Shown in pieces: positions 1 through 11,303 of a stretch of 64,000 bases of DNA. The notes under the pieces were generated by a model. It was not told the origin of the DNA and searched no databases. It saw only the letters and a program-made list of their open reading frames with translations. Each line of letters opens with the position of its first letter. The stretch's first letter is position 1. The DNA comes from Octopus sinensis. Its lineage: Eukaryota. Where the stretch lies: the NCBI RefSeq assembly GCF_006345805.1, contig NC_043004.1, positions 72,664,001 to 72,728,000 on the forward strand, in the 5' to 3' direction. A program made the position numbers and the translations under genes.

Positions 1-369
1 ATCTCTGATCACAAGCAGAAGTAGTGGGGGAGCATCATAGCCGTGTGTTGAAAAGAATCCTTGGAGGTTTGGATAATTCACCTTTGGAAACATGGGTGTT
101 TCGTTCAACATCCTTAAACAATCCTAATTCAGGGATCATTTGAGCGGGATGAGCTACTCGACCACAAGAAAATTCCAATTGGGCCCAGCCTGCAAGGTCA
201 TGTGCTGTTTATCTTGTTATCAGATCACCATGTCGCACACATATGTTTGCGATGCATGTGCCTAGTGTACCCTTATCAGACGGGTAATCATGATGGTTAT
301 ACTGGGTTTCGTATATTTTACCCCATGTCACTTTGATGGCATGCACTACTCTCTTCCATAATAATAATA

Positions 370-416
<47 letters not shown>

Positions 417-712
417 GAGTTTGAATGGTTCACCTCTGGAAACATAGGTGTTTCGTTCAACATCCTAAAGCAACCCTTATTCAGGGACCGTTTGAGCAGG
501 ATGGGCTACTCAACCTGAAGAAAATTCTAACTGGGCCCCACCTGCAAGGTCATGTGCTGTTTATCTTGATATGAGATCACCATGTCGCGCACATATGGTT
601 GTGATGCATGTGCCTGGTGTACCTTTATCAGACGGGTAGTCATGATGGGTATATTGGGCTTCGTATATTTTACCCCAGTGTCACTTTGATGGCATGAACT
701 GCTCTCTCACTC
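1..712 (+). mobile_element. Two tandem copies (1-358, 416-712) of an unclassified interspersed repeat, each ending in a (TAA)n tail
   Basis: Near-identical ~300-bp blocks (cacctYtggaaacat...gcatgcact..ctct) each followed by (AAT)n; tail style of a non-LTR retroposon. Confidence 0.55.
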
Positions 713-875
713 AATAATAATAATAATAATAATGATGATGATGGTAATAATAAAACAACAAAAATATTAATAATGATCATGATTATAATTAGTAGTAGTA
801 GTTGCAGTAGTAGTAGTAGTTGTAGTAGTAGTAGGAGGAGGAGGAGGAGGAGGAGTAGTAGTATTAGTAGTATAC
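713..875. repeat. Compound trinucleotide low-complexity tract (AAT/GAT/AGT/AGG)n
   Basis: Direct reading. Confidence 0.9.
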
Positions 876-1084
876 AACAGTCTTATTTTTATCACGTGCT
901 TTCACTGCACTACCGTGCGCAGCTGTGTGTCCTTTGGGAATCTGCTTTGGTTTGTTGTGGTGCTCTTATATTTTCTGTATTGAAAGTGTGCCGTGCATAA
1001 TAGTGCTAGTCTCTTTATGATATATATACTAGTTTATTATTACTATTGTTGTTGTTGTTGATGATGTTGCTGTTGTTGCTATAG

Positions 1085-1132
<48 letters not shown>

Positions 1133-1133
<1 letters not shown>

Positions 1134-1330
1134 GGTGGGGATTTGGCAGAATCGTCAGCTCGCCGGTCGAGATGCTTAGCGGCATTTCGTCTGTCGCTAC
1201 TTTCTCGGGTCAAGATGCACCGAGGTCGACTTTGCCTTCCATCCCTTCAGGCTCGATAAATTAAGTACAGTTGAACCCTGGGCTCGATCCCCTCGCTCCA
1301 AATTGCCTCCATTGTGGCAAAATTTGAAAT
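1133..1330 (+). mobile_element. tRNA-derived SINE family B (octopus OK-like), diverged copy
   Basis: A-box-like ttggcagaatcg and body ccgaggtcgactttgcc shared with the other copies in the window. Confidence 0.75.
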
Positions 1331-1374
1331 CATTATGATAGGAAAAACATACAGGTGGACTAAGATATGTAAGG

Positions 1375-1497
1375 GATAAAAAGATATCTATGAAGGTATT
1401 TAACAAGTTAAATAAATATAAGAACCTGGAAATTGGGATACTAAAGATGTGGCATCTTAAAGCAAGAAGTGTCCCTGTTATTAGAGATGCCTTATAA
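1375..1497 (+). pseudogene. C-terminal fragment of an RLE-type (R4/Dong/NeSL-like) non-LTR retrotransposon ORF
   Basis: Translates DKKISMKVFNKLNKYKNLEIGILKMWHLKARSVPVI, resembling the KYxDLxxEIxxMW..VP motif of RLE endonuclease C-termini. Confidence 0.5.
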
Positions 1498-1507
1498 AAA
1501 AGGCCAA

Positions 1508-2188
1508 TTATCGACCTCGGTGGAATTTGAACTCAGAACGGAATGATGGACGAAATACCACATTTCTGCCAGTGTGCTAACGATTCTGCTAAGGTGCTGC
1601 CTTAACAACAATAAAAATATTTTTTACTATAGACACTAGGACCGAAATTTTGGGGGTAGAGCAGTCGATTAGATCAACCCCAGTGTTTCACTGGTACTTA
1701 AATTTGTCGACCCCGAAAGGATGAAAAGCAAAGTTGACCTCAGCGGAATTTAAACTCAGAGCGTAACGGCAGACGAAATACCTATTTCTTTACTACCCAC
1801 CAGGTGCTAAACACCAAGAAGACAAACAAGGACAGACAAACGGATTAAGACGATTATATCGACCCCAGTGTGTAACTGGTACTTAATTTATTGACCCCGA
1901 AAGGATGAAAGGCAAAGTCGACCTCGGCGGTATTTGAACTCAGAACATAGCGGCAGACGAAATACCTATATCTTTATTACTAAACACAGAGGTATTAAGG
2001 GGCTAAACACAGAGGTATTAAGTGGATTATATCGACCCCAGTGCGTAACTGGTACTTAACTTATCGACCCCGAAAGGATGAAAGGCAGAGTCGACCTCGG
2101 CGGAATAAGAACTCAGAACTTAACGGCAGACGAAATACCGCTAAGCATTACGCCCGGCGTGCTAACGATTCTGCCAGCTCGTCGCCTT
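1508..2188 (-). mobile_element. SINE family B: isolated head (1508-1604) plus head-to-tail multimer (1615-2188)
   Basis: Repeated B-box (rc gagttcaaattcc) and gaaaggatgaaaggcaaagtcgacctcggcgg core; only the last unit carries the A-box head. Confidence 0.85.
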
Positions 2189-2278
2189 TACAATAACAGT
2201 AATATTCATAATAAAAAGGATAACACAAATGATAATAGTTACTGCAATGAATACTACAATGCTTGTATTTCTTTTCAG

Positions 2279-2398
2279 ATATCAACGAATGTGCAAGGAA
2301 GGCTTGTGGTTGTTATGCAAAATGTTACAACACGCCAGGTTCCTACCGCTGTAGGTGTTATCGTCCCGGCTATCGAATGTACAAAGGGAAATGCGTTG
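2279..2398 (+). CDS. Internal exon, calcium-binding EGF domain ([40 protein letters not shown])
   Basis: ttttcag acceptor, G|gtaagt donor, 120 nt, phase 1-1, cbEGF consensus D-x-N-E-C...C-x-N-x-x-G-S-Y-x-C-x-C. Confidence 0.93.
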
Positions 2399-2440
2399 GT
2401 AAGTAGAATACAATAACAACAAGCACAAATTCAAATTTAA

Positions 2441-2504
2441 GGTCTGCCGGTTAGGATTCCTGGCTATCATCCAGGCGGCCTGGGTTCGATTCCCGGCATG
2501 GGAA
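2441..2504 (+). pseudogene. tRNA-Glu-derived pseudogene lacking the 5' acceptor strand; anticodon position reads ATC
   Basis: ggttaggattcctgg-ctatcat-ccaggcggcctgggttcgattcccggcatgggaa matches the eukaryotic tRNA-Glu(TTC) body; anticodon stem CCTGG/CCAGG intact; 2433-2439 cannot pair with the 3' acceptor strand. Confidence 0.8.
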
Positions 2505-2517
2505 TGCTTAGTTTATA

Positions 2518-2731
2518 GGCGTAAGAGTAGCTGTGTGGTAAGTAGCTATAGGTGCAGGAGTGGCTATGAGGTAAGTAGCTTGTTTACCAACCACATGGTT
2601 CCGGGTTCAGTCCCACTGCGTGGCACCTTGGGCAAGTGTCTTCTACTATAGCCTCGGGGTGACCAAAGCCTTGTGAGTGAATTTGGTCGACGGAAACTGA
2701 AAGAAGCTCGTCGTATATATGTATATATATA

Positions 2732-2781
<50 letters not shown>

Positions 2782-3030
2782 GTGTGTGTGTGTGTGTGGT
2801 GTGTGTGTGTGTGTGTGTGTGTATGTTTGTGTCTGTGTTTGTCCCTCCCCCGCAACATCGCTTGACTACCGATGCTGGTGTGTTTACGTCACCGTAACTT
2901 AGCGGTTCGACAAAAGAGACCGATAGAATAAATACTAGGCTTACAAAGAATACGTTCTGGGGTCGATTTGTTCGACTAAAGGCGGTGCTCCAGCATGGCC
3001 GCAGTCACATGACTGAAACAAGTAAAAAAA
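2518..3030 (+). mobile_element. tRNA-derived composite SINE family A (octopus OR-like) with duplicated head and internal (TA)n(TG)n
   Basis: A/B-box head ggcgcaggagtggc...gggttcagtcc, core ttgggcaagtgtcttctactatagcc, tail ccagcatggccgcagtc..gactgaaacaag. Confidence 0.9.
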
Positions 3031-3049
3031 ATTAAGGATTATATATCCT

Positions 3050-3326
3050 TACACATACATACATATATACGTACAGACAAACAGACAGACCGACATGCAT
3101 GCATTTATATGTACACACACATACATAAATACGTATATACATAAACACATAAATAGATATACATACTCATGTATATATAAATAAATACATACATGTAGGC
3201 GTATATATGTCCACACGCATATTACATACATGCATACATACATATCCACATTCGCACATAGATACATGCATGAATACACACACATATATATACACATACG
3301 CACACATACATACATACATACATACA

Positions 3327-3360
<34 letters not shown>

Positions 3361-3425
3361 CACGCATACACATAAACACATCAAAACATACATACATAGA
3401 TATATACACATGTCCATACATGCAT
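3050..3425. repeat. (TACA)n/(TA)n compound microsatellite
   Basis: Direct reading. Confidence 0.9.
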
Positions 3426-3462
3426 GTGTGTACAGGGACTCTTCATGTAGCCCATATCAAAC

Positions 3463-4298
3463 AAAAAATATTCTTTTATAAACAAGACCCGAAATTCTAG
3501 GGGAGGAGCCAGTCGATTAGATCGACCCCAGCACGCAACTGAAACTTAATTTATCGACTCCGAAAGGATGAAAGGCAAAGTAGACCTCGGCGGAATTTGA
3601 AATCAGAACGTAAAGACAGACAAAATACCTATTTCTTTACTATCCACAAGGGGCTAAACACAGAAGGGACAAACAAGGACAGACAAACGGATTAAGTCGA
3701 TTATATCGACCCCAGTGCGTAACTGGTACTTATTTCATCGACCCCGAAAGGATGAAAGGCAAAGTCAACCTCGGCGGAATTTGAACTCAGAACGTAACGG
3801 CAGACGAAATACCTATTTCTTTACTACCCACAAGGGGCTAAACACAGAAGGGACAAACAAGGACAGACAAACGAATCAAGTCGATTGTATCGACCCCAGT
3901 CGGTATAGGACGGCGAGCTGGCAGAAACGTTAGCACGCCAGGCGAAATGCTTTGTGGTATTTCGTCCGCCGCTGCGTTCTGAGTTCAAATTCCGCCGAGG
4001 TCGACTTTGCCTTTCATCCTTTCGGGGTCGATAAATTAAATACGAGTGACGCACTGGGGGTCGATATAATCGATTAATCCGTTTGTTTGTCCTTATTTTT
4101 CCTCTCTGTGTTTAGCCCCTTGTGGGTAGTAAAGAAATATATATCGACCCCAGTGCGTAACTGGTACTTATTTAATCGACCCCGAAGAGAAGAAAAGCAA
4201 AGTCGACCTCGGCAGAATTTGAACTCAGAACGTAGCAGCAGACGAAATATCGCTAAGCATTTCGCTCGGCGTGTTAACGATTCTGCCAGCTCGCTGCT
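3463..4298. mobile_element. Nested SINE B cluster: minus-strand multimer interrupted by a plus-strand copy (3901-4141) with a 13-bp TSD
   Basis: tatcgaccccagt at 3888-3900 and 4142-4154 flanks the inverted copy. Confidence 0.85.
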
Positions 4299-4464
4299 TT
4301 ATATCAAAGGGAAAATATTAATAACAATTTGATATCCATGTTTCATAGACGGTTTGGAAGCCTTTTACGGGTCTCATGAATGTATCGCTCCCCAATGTCT
4401 CCTTTGCTATAGTTTCTATGACATGATCTCCTTCCTAACTCCAGTCACTTAACAGTAGGTATTG

Positions 4465-4875
4465 TTTGTTCCTTCTCCAGCCATGCCCGGCTCATAAGGC
4501 CCGGTTTTCCCAGAATAATTGGCATATAGTTTCCCTCCTGGACGGGACGCCAGTCCGTCGCAGCTGAGCTGCTCTGCTAGATACATGAAGAAAGAGTGAG
4601 AGAAATTTGTGGCGAAAGAGTCAGCAGAGGTTCACCATTACCTTCTGCTGGGGCCGCGAGGAGCTTAGAAGCGTACCATTTATGGATTCGAGGGTTTTAT
4701 TTATTTGACACTTCAATTTTTTAATTCCACGGGAGTATAAATACCTATAATGGTGATACTGCGCGCAGGGTATGCATCAACTCTCACAAACACACTCATC
4801 GCCCTGTCTGAGATGTGAACCCGTGATCCCTCGATCGCAAGTCCACTGCTCTAACCACTAGGCTATGTGCCTCCA
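4465..4875 (-). mobile_element. tRNA-derived SINE family C with a ~115-bp insert
   Basis: rc head ggaggcacatagcctagtggttagagc...gggttcaca; homologous to 10550-10818; insert 4670-4785 recurs at ~9178-9283. Confidence 0.65.
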
Positions 4876-5388
4876 TGAATGTGAGTACAGAGTCTGTTTC
4901 TCATATCAGCATTACTGACATCGAGAAAAGACCGGTGATACGGATGAGGAGTTGGGAGCAGGAGGCAGTTTTATAAGAGATGTGCGGTTTTAAGTATGAC
5001 AGAAAAGGGCAGAATAGAATAGGGTTTTGTGTGTAGAGAAGTAATATGGCTACTCATGTTTTGGGAGGGAGAGTAGGATGGATTGGAAGGGAGTTGAAAG
5101 AGAGATAAGCCAATGGCCCTCAATGTACGAGATAGCAACAAGGGAAACGGAGCAGGAGAGGTTATAAGGGGTGTATGAGAGTTTGATAGGGAATAGGTGA
5201 ACGAGGGAATGTGAAGGAAGAGTTGAGGGAAAATAAGGAGAGAATATAGGGAGCTTGTGAGACAACAACGGAAATGGGGTAGATCTGAGTTATAGTGAAT
5301 TATGGGTAACAACACCAACATTTACTACAAACATAGTTTCATTCCCTTATTTATATGTACAATATTTATTTCGTTTTTCAAATTTCAG

Positions 5389-5505
5389 ACATCAATGAAT
5401 GTAAACGAAACCCTTGTCCTTCTGATGCCACATGCTACAATTACCCAGGATCCTACTACTGTAGATGTAGACGTGGTTACCGATATGAGAATAAGAAATG
5501 TGTTG
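5389..5505 (+). CDS. Internal exon, cbEGF domain (DINECKRNPCPSDATCYNYPGSYYCRCRRGYRYENKKCV)
   Basis: tttcag acceptor, G|gtaagt donor, 117 nt, phase 1-1, six cysteines. Confidence 0.93.
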
Positions 5506-5665
5506 GTAAGTAAAATTATATAAACTAAACATAAACGACAAACATAAACATTTTAAATCCACCTTAAATTTGTAAATAATTTGTGATGGTTGTTTAACCC
5601 TCGGTCAGTAGTGGTCCCGCATGTATAAGGTACGTTGTTGTTCAGCCGAGCTGAGTTGGTTTCCA

Positions 5666-6081
5666 AATCTATCTCTTTACTACCCACAAGGGGCCAAACA
5701 TAGAGAGGACAAACAAGGACAGACAAACGGATTAAGTCGATTATATCGACCCCAGTGCGTAACTGGTACTTATTTCATCGACCCCGAAAGGATGAAAGGC
5801 AAAGTCGACCTCGGCGGAATTTGAACCCAGAACATAACGGCAGACGAAATACCTATTTCTTTACTACCCACAAGGGGCTTAACACAGAGGGGGCAAACAA
5901 GGACAGACAAACGGATTAAGTCGATTATATCGACCCCAGTGCGTAACTGGTACTTCTTTAATCGACCCCGAAAGGATGAAAGGCAAAGTCGACCTCGGCG
6001 GAATTTGAACTCAGAACGTAACGGCAGACGAAATACGGCTACGCATTTCGCCCGGCGTGCTACCGTTTCTGCCAGATCGCC
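5666..6081 (-). mobile_element. SINE family B multimer
   Basis: Two ~184-bp units, the last with head. Confidence 0.85.
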
Positions 6082-6102
6082 AAATCTTGGTGTATTCGAA
6101 AT

Positions 6103-6267
6103 ACTGCCTTTTAGTCAAACGAATTGACCCCAGGACTTATTCTTTGTAAGCCTAGTACTTATTCTATCGGTCTCTTTTGTAGAACTGCTAAGTTACAGTG
6201 ACGTAAACACATCAGCATCATTTGTCAAGTGATGTTGGGGGGGACAAACACAGACACAGAAACATAT

Positions 6268-6302
<35 letters not shown>

Positions 6303-6488
6303 ATATATATATAGATAGATATATACGACGGGCTTCTTTCAGTTTCCGTCTACCAAATACACTCACAAGGCTTTGGTCGGCCCGAGGCTATAGTAGAAAA
6401 CACTTGCCCGAGGTGCCACGCAGTGGGACTGAACCCGGAACCATGTGGCTGGTAAACAAGCTCCGTACCGCACAGCCACTCCTACGCC
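6103..6488 (-). mobile_element. SINE family A
   Basis: Reverse complement of the family A consensus. Confidence 0.88.
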
Positions 6489-6617
6489 TAAACATCCATC
6501 ACTTTCATATTTCGTGTTGACCCTTATGTTGAGTGATACCTTCTGTGTAATTACTTACTCTGTTAAACGTTTATTTATTTATTTATTTATTTATTTAATT
6601 ATTTATTTATTTAACAG

Positions 6618-6734
6618 ATGTCAACGAGTGTAGCTATAGAAGAAGATGTGACCAAATCTGTATCAATACTCTCGGATCGTATTATTGCCGCTGTAGAAAC
6701 GGTTATGAAATATTTAGAAAACGTTACTGCGTGG
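6618..6734 (+). CDS. Internal exon, cbEGF domain (DVNECSYRRRCDQICINTLGSYYCRCRNGYEIFRKRYCV)
   Basis: tttaacag acceptor, G|gtaagt donor, 117 nt, phase 1-1, six cysteines. Confidence 0.93.
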
Positions 6735-7162
6735 GTAAGTGTATCATTTCACAAAAGATTTTCTCCACTGACACACACACATACACACACACAAGCGCAT
6801 ACACACACACAAACACAAACACACACACACATACAACGCGCATACACACACACAAACAGAAACACACATACTCATACATCTTCACATTCTGATTTGTGTT
6901 TAACCTGCTCTTGAATGAGCCTTCCATTTTACCCACATATATCCTTATGTTCAACAACACACTCTCACATTCCGAGTTCACTCTCCAACCATACACGATT
7001 GGTTCTATATTACATTTACTGTTTTTTCGGTATTTGACGTTACCTGTGCATGAGTCGACTCCTTCAGTGCTGTTTTAGCATTTTTACTAAAATTTTCGCG
7101 TGATATGCAAGAAACTCGTATCACAACAATTTTGGAAAGATATGTATGGGTATTGGATGAAA

Positions 7163-7766
7163 CCTATTTCTTTACTACCCACAAGAAGCTAAACACAGAG
7201 AGGACAAACAAGGACAGACAAACGGATTAAGTCGATTATATCGACCCCAGTGCCTAACTGGTACTTATTTAATCGACGCCGAAAGGATGAAAGGCAAAGT
7301 CGACCTCGGTGGAATTTGAACTCAGAACGTAACGGCAGACGAAATACCTATTTCTTTACTACCCACAAGGGGCTTAACACAGAGGGGACAAACAAGGACA
7401 GACAAACGGATTAAGTCGATTATATCGACCCCAGTGCGTAACTGGTACTTAATTTATCGACCCCGAAAGGATGAAAGGCAAAGTTGACCTCGGCGGAATT
7501 TGAAATCAGAACGTAACAGCAGACGAAATACCTAGTACTTTACGACCCACAAGGGGCTAAACACAGAGAGGACAAACAAGGAGAGACAAACGGATTAAGT
7601 CGATTATATCGACCCCAGTGCGTAACTGGTACTTATTCAATCGACGCCGAAAGGATGAAAGGCAAAGTTGACCTCGGCGGAATTTGAACTCAAAACGTAG
7701 CAGCAAACGAAATGCCGCTAAGCATTTCGCCCGGCGTGCTAACGTTTCTGCCTGCTCGCCGCCCCA
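7163..7766 (-). mobile_element. SINE family B tandem trimer (184-bp period) plus head
   Basis: Junction cct at 7163, 7347 and 7531. Confidence 0.88.
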
Positions 7767-8016
7767 TATAAAGCATAACAACAAATGGCACCTACTAGTG
7801 AAGTGCAGATCTATCTGAACATTAGTTGCATTTGCATACTATTTTACAGAGTAAGTAATTACACAGAAGGTATCACTCAGCGCAATGGTCTACACGAAAT
7901 ATAAAAGTGATAGATTTTCATCTTGATCCCATAAATCACAGGTTTGATGCAGAATAAACAAAATGTCACCCTTCCCCAGATTGGTGTATATTGTTCCATA
8001 CATTTAGGGTGCTAGT

Positions 8017-8787
8017 AGGGTGCCAAGAGCACCATCCGAGCGTGATCGTTGCCAGAGCGGCTACCTAGCTTCTGTGCCGGTGGCACGTAAAAGGGCACCA
8101 TTCGAGCGTGACCGTTTCCAGCGTCGCCTTACTGGCACTTGTGCCGGTGGCATGTGTAAAAAGATTCGAGCGAGGTCATTGCAAGTACCGCCCGACTGGC
8201 CCCCGTGCAAGTTTATTCCAAAATACCCACTTCTTCCTTACTTGTTCCTTCCATTTGTAGCAATAACAAGCAGTGCTTTCCCAACAGATTTCCCATGTTT
8301 TACATACCTTCATGGCTGCTCCCTGCACCAGTTTCGCATAGCCCCAGTCCATCCAAAGTACCTTGGATTACCGAACGACCTGCTGTACTTACCTTGGATC
8401 GTAAGGTGACCTACTGGGCTTGAGTAGACCTATTGAGTCAAGTACATCAACATCAAAATAAATACCAAATGGAAATTGTAGTTGCGATACCTGTGCCAGT
8501 GGCACGTAAAAAGCACCATCCGAACGTGGCCGATGCCAGCTTCCACTGGCACCTGTGCCGGTGGCACGTAAAAAGCACCATTTGCCAGTACCGCCTGACT
8601 GGCCCCCGTGCCGGTGGCACGTAAAAAGTACCCACTACACTCTCGGAGTAGTTGGCATTAGGAAGGGCATCAAGCAGTAGAAACTCTGCCAGATCAAGAC
8701 TGGAGCCTGGTGCAGCCATCTGGTTCGCCAGCCCTCAGTCAAAATCGTCCAACCCGGAAAACGGACGTTAAACGATGATGATGATGA
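8017..8787 (+). mobile_element. SINE family D (internal gtgccggtggcacgtaaaaagcacc repeats, RTE-like acgttaaacgatgatgatg tail)
   Basis: Homologous to 10245-10549; (GAT)n tail; interrupted by unassigned sequence at ~8205-8470. Confidence 0.7.
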
Positions 8788-9319
8788 CATTTTATTCCCC
8801 TGTACGTGTAAGCGAAAGCAGGGTATTGTAATCGCTCGTCGTTGTCTGTTTTATCTATGTGTTTTCAAAATTACTGGAAAACAGCTGAACGGCAGAAATA
8901 CTCATTGGGTCGAAATGATGAGCTCTTGGATTGACTAACTTTAAAAAAAAGAAAAAAACTTTTAATCGAAGTTACAAATTTCCCGACAAGCCAACAGTCG
9001 CATTATTTTTTTCATTTTCTTTTTCATATCAATCAACTCTCGTAACTTTGCGTGTAGACACATGCTCGTACATATATGTATACGTACATACGTAAATATA
9101 TAAATAGACATGCGACTTTCTGTGCGTGTGTACGTGCGTGTGCGTATGCGCGTGAGAGCGTGCGTGTGTGTTTAGGGATGGATTCGAGGATTTTATTTAT
9201 TTACCACCTGAATTTTTTTTAATTCCACGGGAGTATAAATACCTACAATGGTGATACTGCGCGCAGGGCATACATCAACTCTCCGATTCCTTTATTTCAT
9301 TTAAAATTATGTATATTTC

Positions 9320-9619
9320 AGAAACACACAAAACCGTTAGATTCACTTCAACATTTAAATTTAAGTTGTCAAAATATTTTCGTCGCTTTGAGACCGCGAA
9401 CTGTTCACTGACAAAGCTTCGTGCTGCATCTCTTTGTCAGTGAACAGTTCGCGGTCTCAAAGGGACGAAAATATTTTGACAACTTAAATTTAAATGTTGT
9501 AGTGAATCTAACGGTTTTGTGTGTTTCTTAAATGGCTTATAAACACCTTCCACGCTGCAATTGTTTTCGTTCCAGCACACGATCTCAGACCAAGTCACTC
9601 GCTATGCAAGTACATCTCC
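9320..9619. mobile_element. Non-autonomous DNA element (Helentron-associated/MITE-like) with a 97-bp fold-back
   Basis: Arms 9320-9416 and 9432-9528 are reverse complements with ~2 mismatches; same family at 48016-48712 and 50074-50500. Confidence 0.7.
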
Positions 9620-9653
9620 GTAATATATATATTTCTTTCCTCCTTATTTTCAG

Positions 9654-9889
9654 ACATCGACGAATGTAGATGCAACAATGGGGGCTGCCCTTTCCCCTAT
9701 AGATGTATTAACAAACCCGGACACCACTACTGTGAATGCCCCTTCGGTTTTACAGCTAAAGGGAAATTCTGTCACCTTACTGTGCCACAAAATAAACTGA
9801 ACTTTACTCTCCCAGACAAAAAATCAGTTATACCAAGAGTAACACTGCCGGCTGTTCCTACAACTCCTGCATCGCCAGCCGCACAATAG
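9654..9889 (+). CDS. Terminal coding exon: cbEGF domain plus Pro/Thr-rich tail (DIDECRCNNGGCPFPYRCINKPGHHYCECPFGFTAKGKFCHLTVPQ...PTTPASPAAQ*)
   Basis: Long polypyrimidine ttttcag acceptor, phase 1 compatible with the upstream exons, TAG stop at 9887-9889. Confidence 0.9.
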
Positions 9890-10174
9890 ACGAACTGGTC
9901 ATAAATGGATGCTTCCTATTGTCTTCAATCGAGTCTGACATGGAATCTAAAAACGTCAACAGCAAAAACTATCACAACTATATTACACATAACATAATCA
10001 AGTCCTGATAATAAAACACATAACACCCTGATCGGAACATTTTCATATAATGTGACCTCAACACTAGACCATCTCCATGCAAGATCTCGTGATGACAATC
10101 CCATAATCTCACTTTATATCATTGAAATGCCTTTATTTTATTGTTTTCATTTTATTAATTGAATTGATTACTCA

Positions 10175-10180
10175 AATAAA
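10175..10180 (+). terminator. Probable polyadenylation signal of the EGF gene (alternative AATAAA at 10010-10015)
   Basis: AATAAA followed ~25 nt later by a T/GT-rich tract (tttttgtctgtcttt). Confidence 0.55.
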
Positions 10181-10244
10181 ACAATATTTTAATCACAAAA
10201 AAGTTTTTGTCTGTCTTTAGTGACTAAAAGCCAAGGGTAAAGAT

Positions 10245-10549
10245 ACCTGGCATCCGTGTGGGTGACACGTAAAAAGCACCAACAGATCGTGGCCGTTTGC
10301 CAGCCTCCTTTGGCCCCTGTGCCGGTGACATGTTAAAAGCACCGTCCGAACGTGGCCCCTGTGCCGGTGGCACGTAAAAAGCACCCACTACACTCACAGA
10401 GTGGTTGGCGTTAGGAAGGGCATCCAGCTGTAGAAACACTGCCATATCAGACTGGGGCCTGCTGCAGCCTTCTGGCTTCCCAGACCCCGGTCGAACTGTC
10501 CAACCCATGCTAGCATGGAAAACGGACGTTAAACGATGATGATGATGAT
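10245..10549 (+). mobile_element. SINE family D
   Basis: See 8017-8787. Confidence 0.75.
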
Positions 10550-10818
10550 CTGTGTGTATTGTTGTCGCTTGTTTATTCTGGAGCCATGCCTGGCCCATAA
10601 TCATTGGCGTGTAGATTCCCCCACCTGGACGGGACGCCGGTCCGTCGCAAGTGCAGGAGGAAAGGGCGAGAGAAAGTTGTGGGGAAAGAAGCAGAAGTTC
10701 GCCATTACCCTCTGCCGCGGCTGTGTGGAGCTTAAGTGTTTCGCTCATAAACACAGACGTCGCTTGGGCTGAGATTCAAACACACGATCCCTCGAACGCG
10801 AGTCCGCTGCTCTCCACC
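10550..10818 (-). mobile_element. SINE family C
   Basis: Homologous to 4465-4875. Confidence 0.65.
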
Positions 10819-10857
10819 TCTCTCTCTCGCTCTCTGTATATATAAATATATATATAT

Positions 10858-11252
10858 ACTCTTTTTACTCTTTTACTTGTTTCAGTCATTTGACTGCGGC
10901 CATGCTGGAGCACCGCCTTTAGTCGAGCAAATCGACCCCAGGACTTATTCTTTTGTAAGCCCAGTACTTATTCTATCGGTCTATTTTGCCAAACCGCTAT
11001 GTGACGGGGACGTAAACTCACCAGCATCGGTTGTCAAGCAATGCTAGGGGGACAAACACAGACACACAAACATACACACACATATATATACGACGGGCTT
11101 CTTTCAGTTTCCGTCTACCAAATCCACTCACAAGGCTTTGGTTGGCCCGGGGTGATAGTAGAAGACACTTGCCCAAGGTGTCACGCAGTGGAACTGAACC
11201 CGGAACCATGTGGTTCGTAAGCAAGCTACTTACCACACAGCCACTCCTACGC

Positions 11253-11253
<1 letters not shown>
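10858..11253 (-). mobile_element. SINE family A
   Basis: Full-length reverse complement. Confidence 0.9.

Positions 11254-11303
<50 letters not shown>

Noticed and set aside
3049-3500. Many YI/YV/CV/HT-repeat ORFs here and throughout the window (e.g. 26274-26742, 48231-48633, 52477-52876)
   Set aside because: Stop-free frames of (TA)n, (TG)n and (TACA)n microsatellites.
4900-5290. Purine-rich stretch with 72-116-aa minus-strand ORFs
   Set aside because: No domain motifs; probably a decayed LINE 3' region.
8205-8470. Possible exon or LINE fragment inside SINE D
   Set aside because: No recognisable motif or splice pair in any frame; left unassigned.
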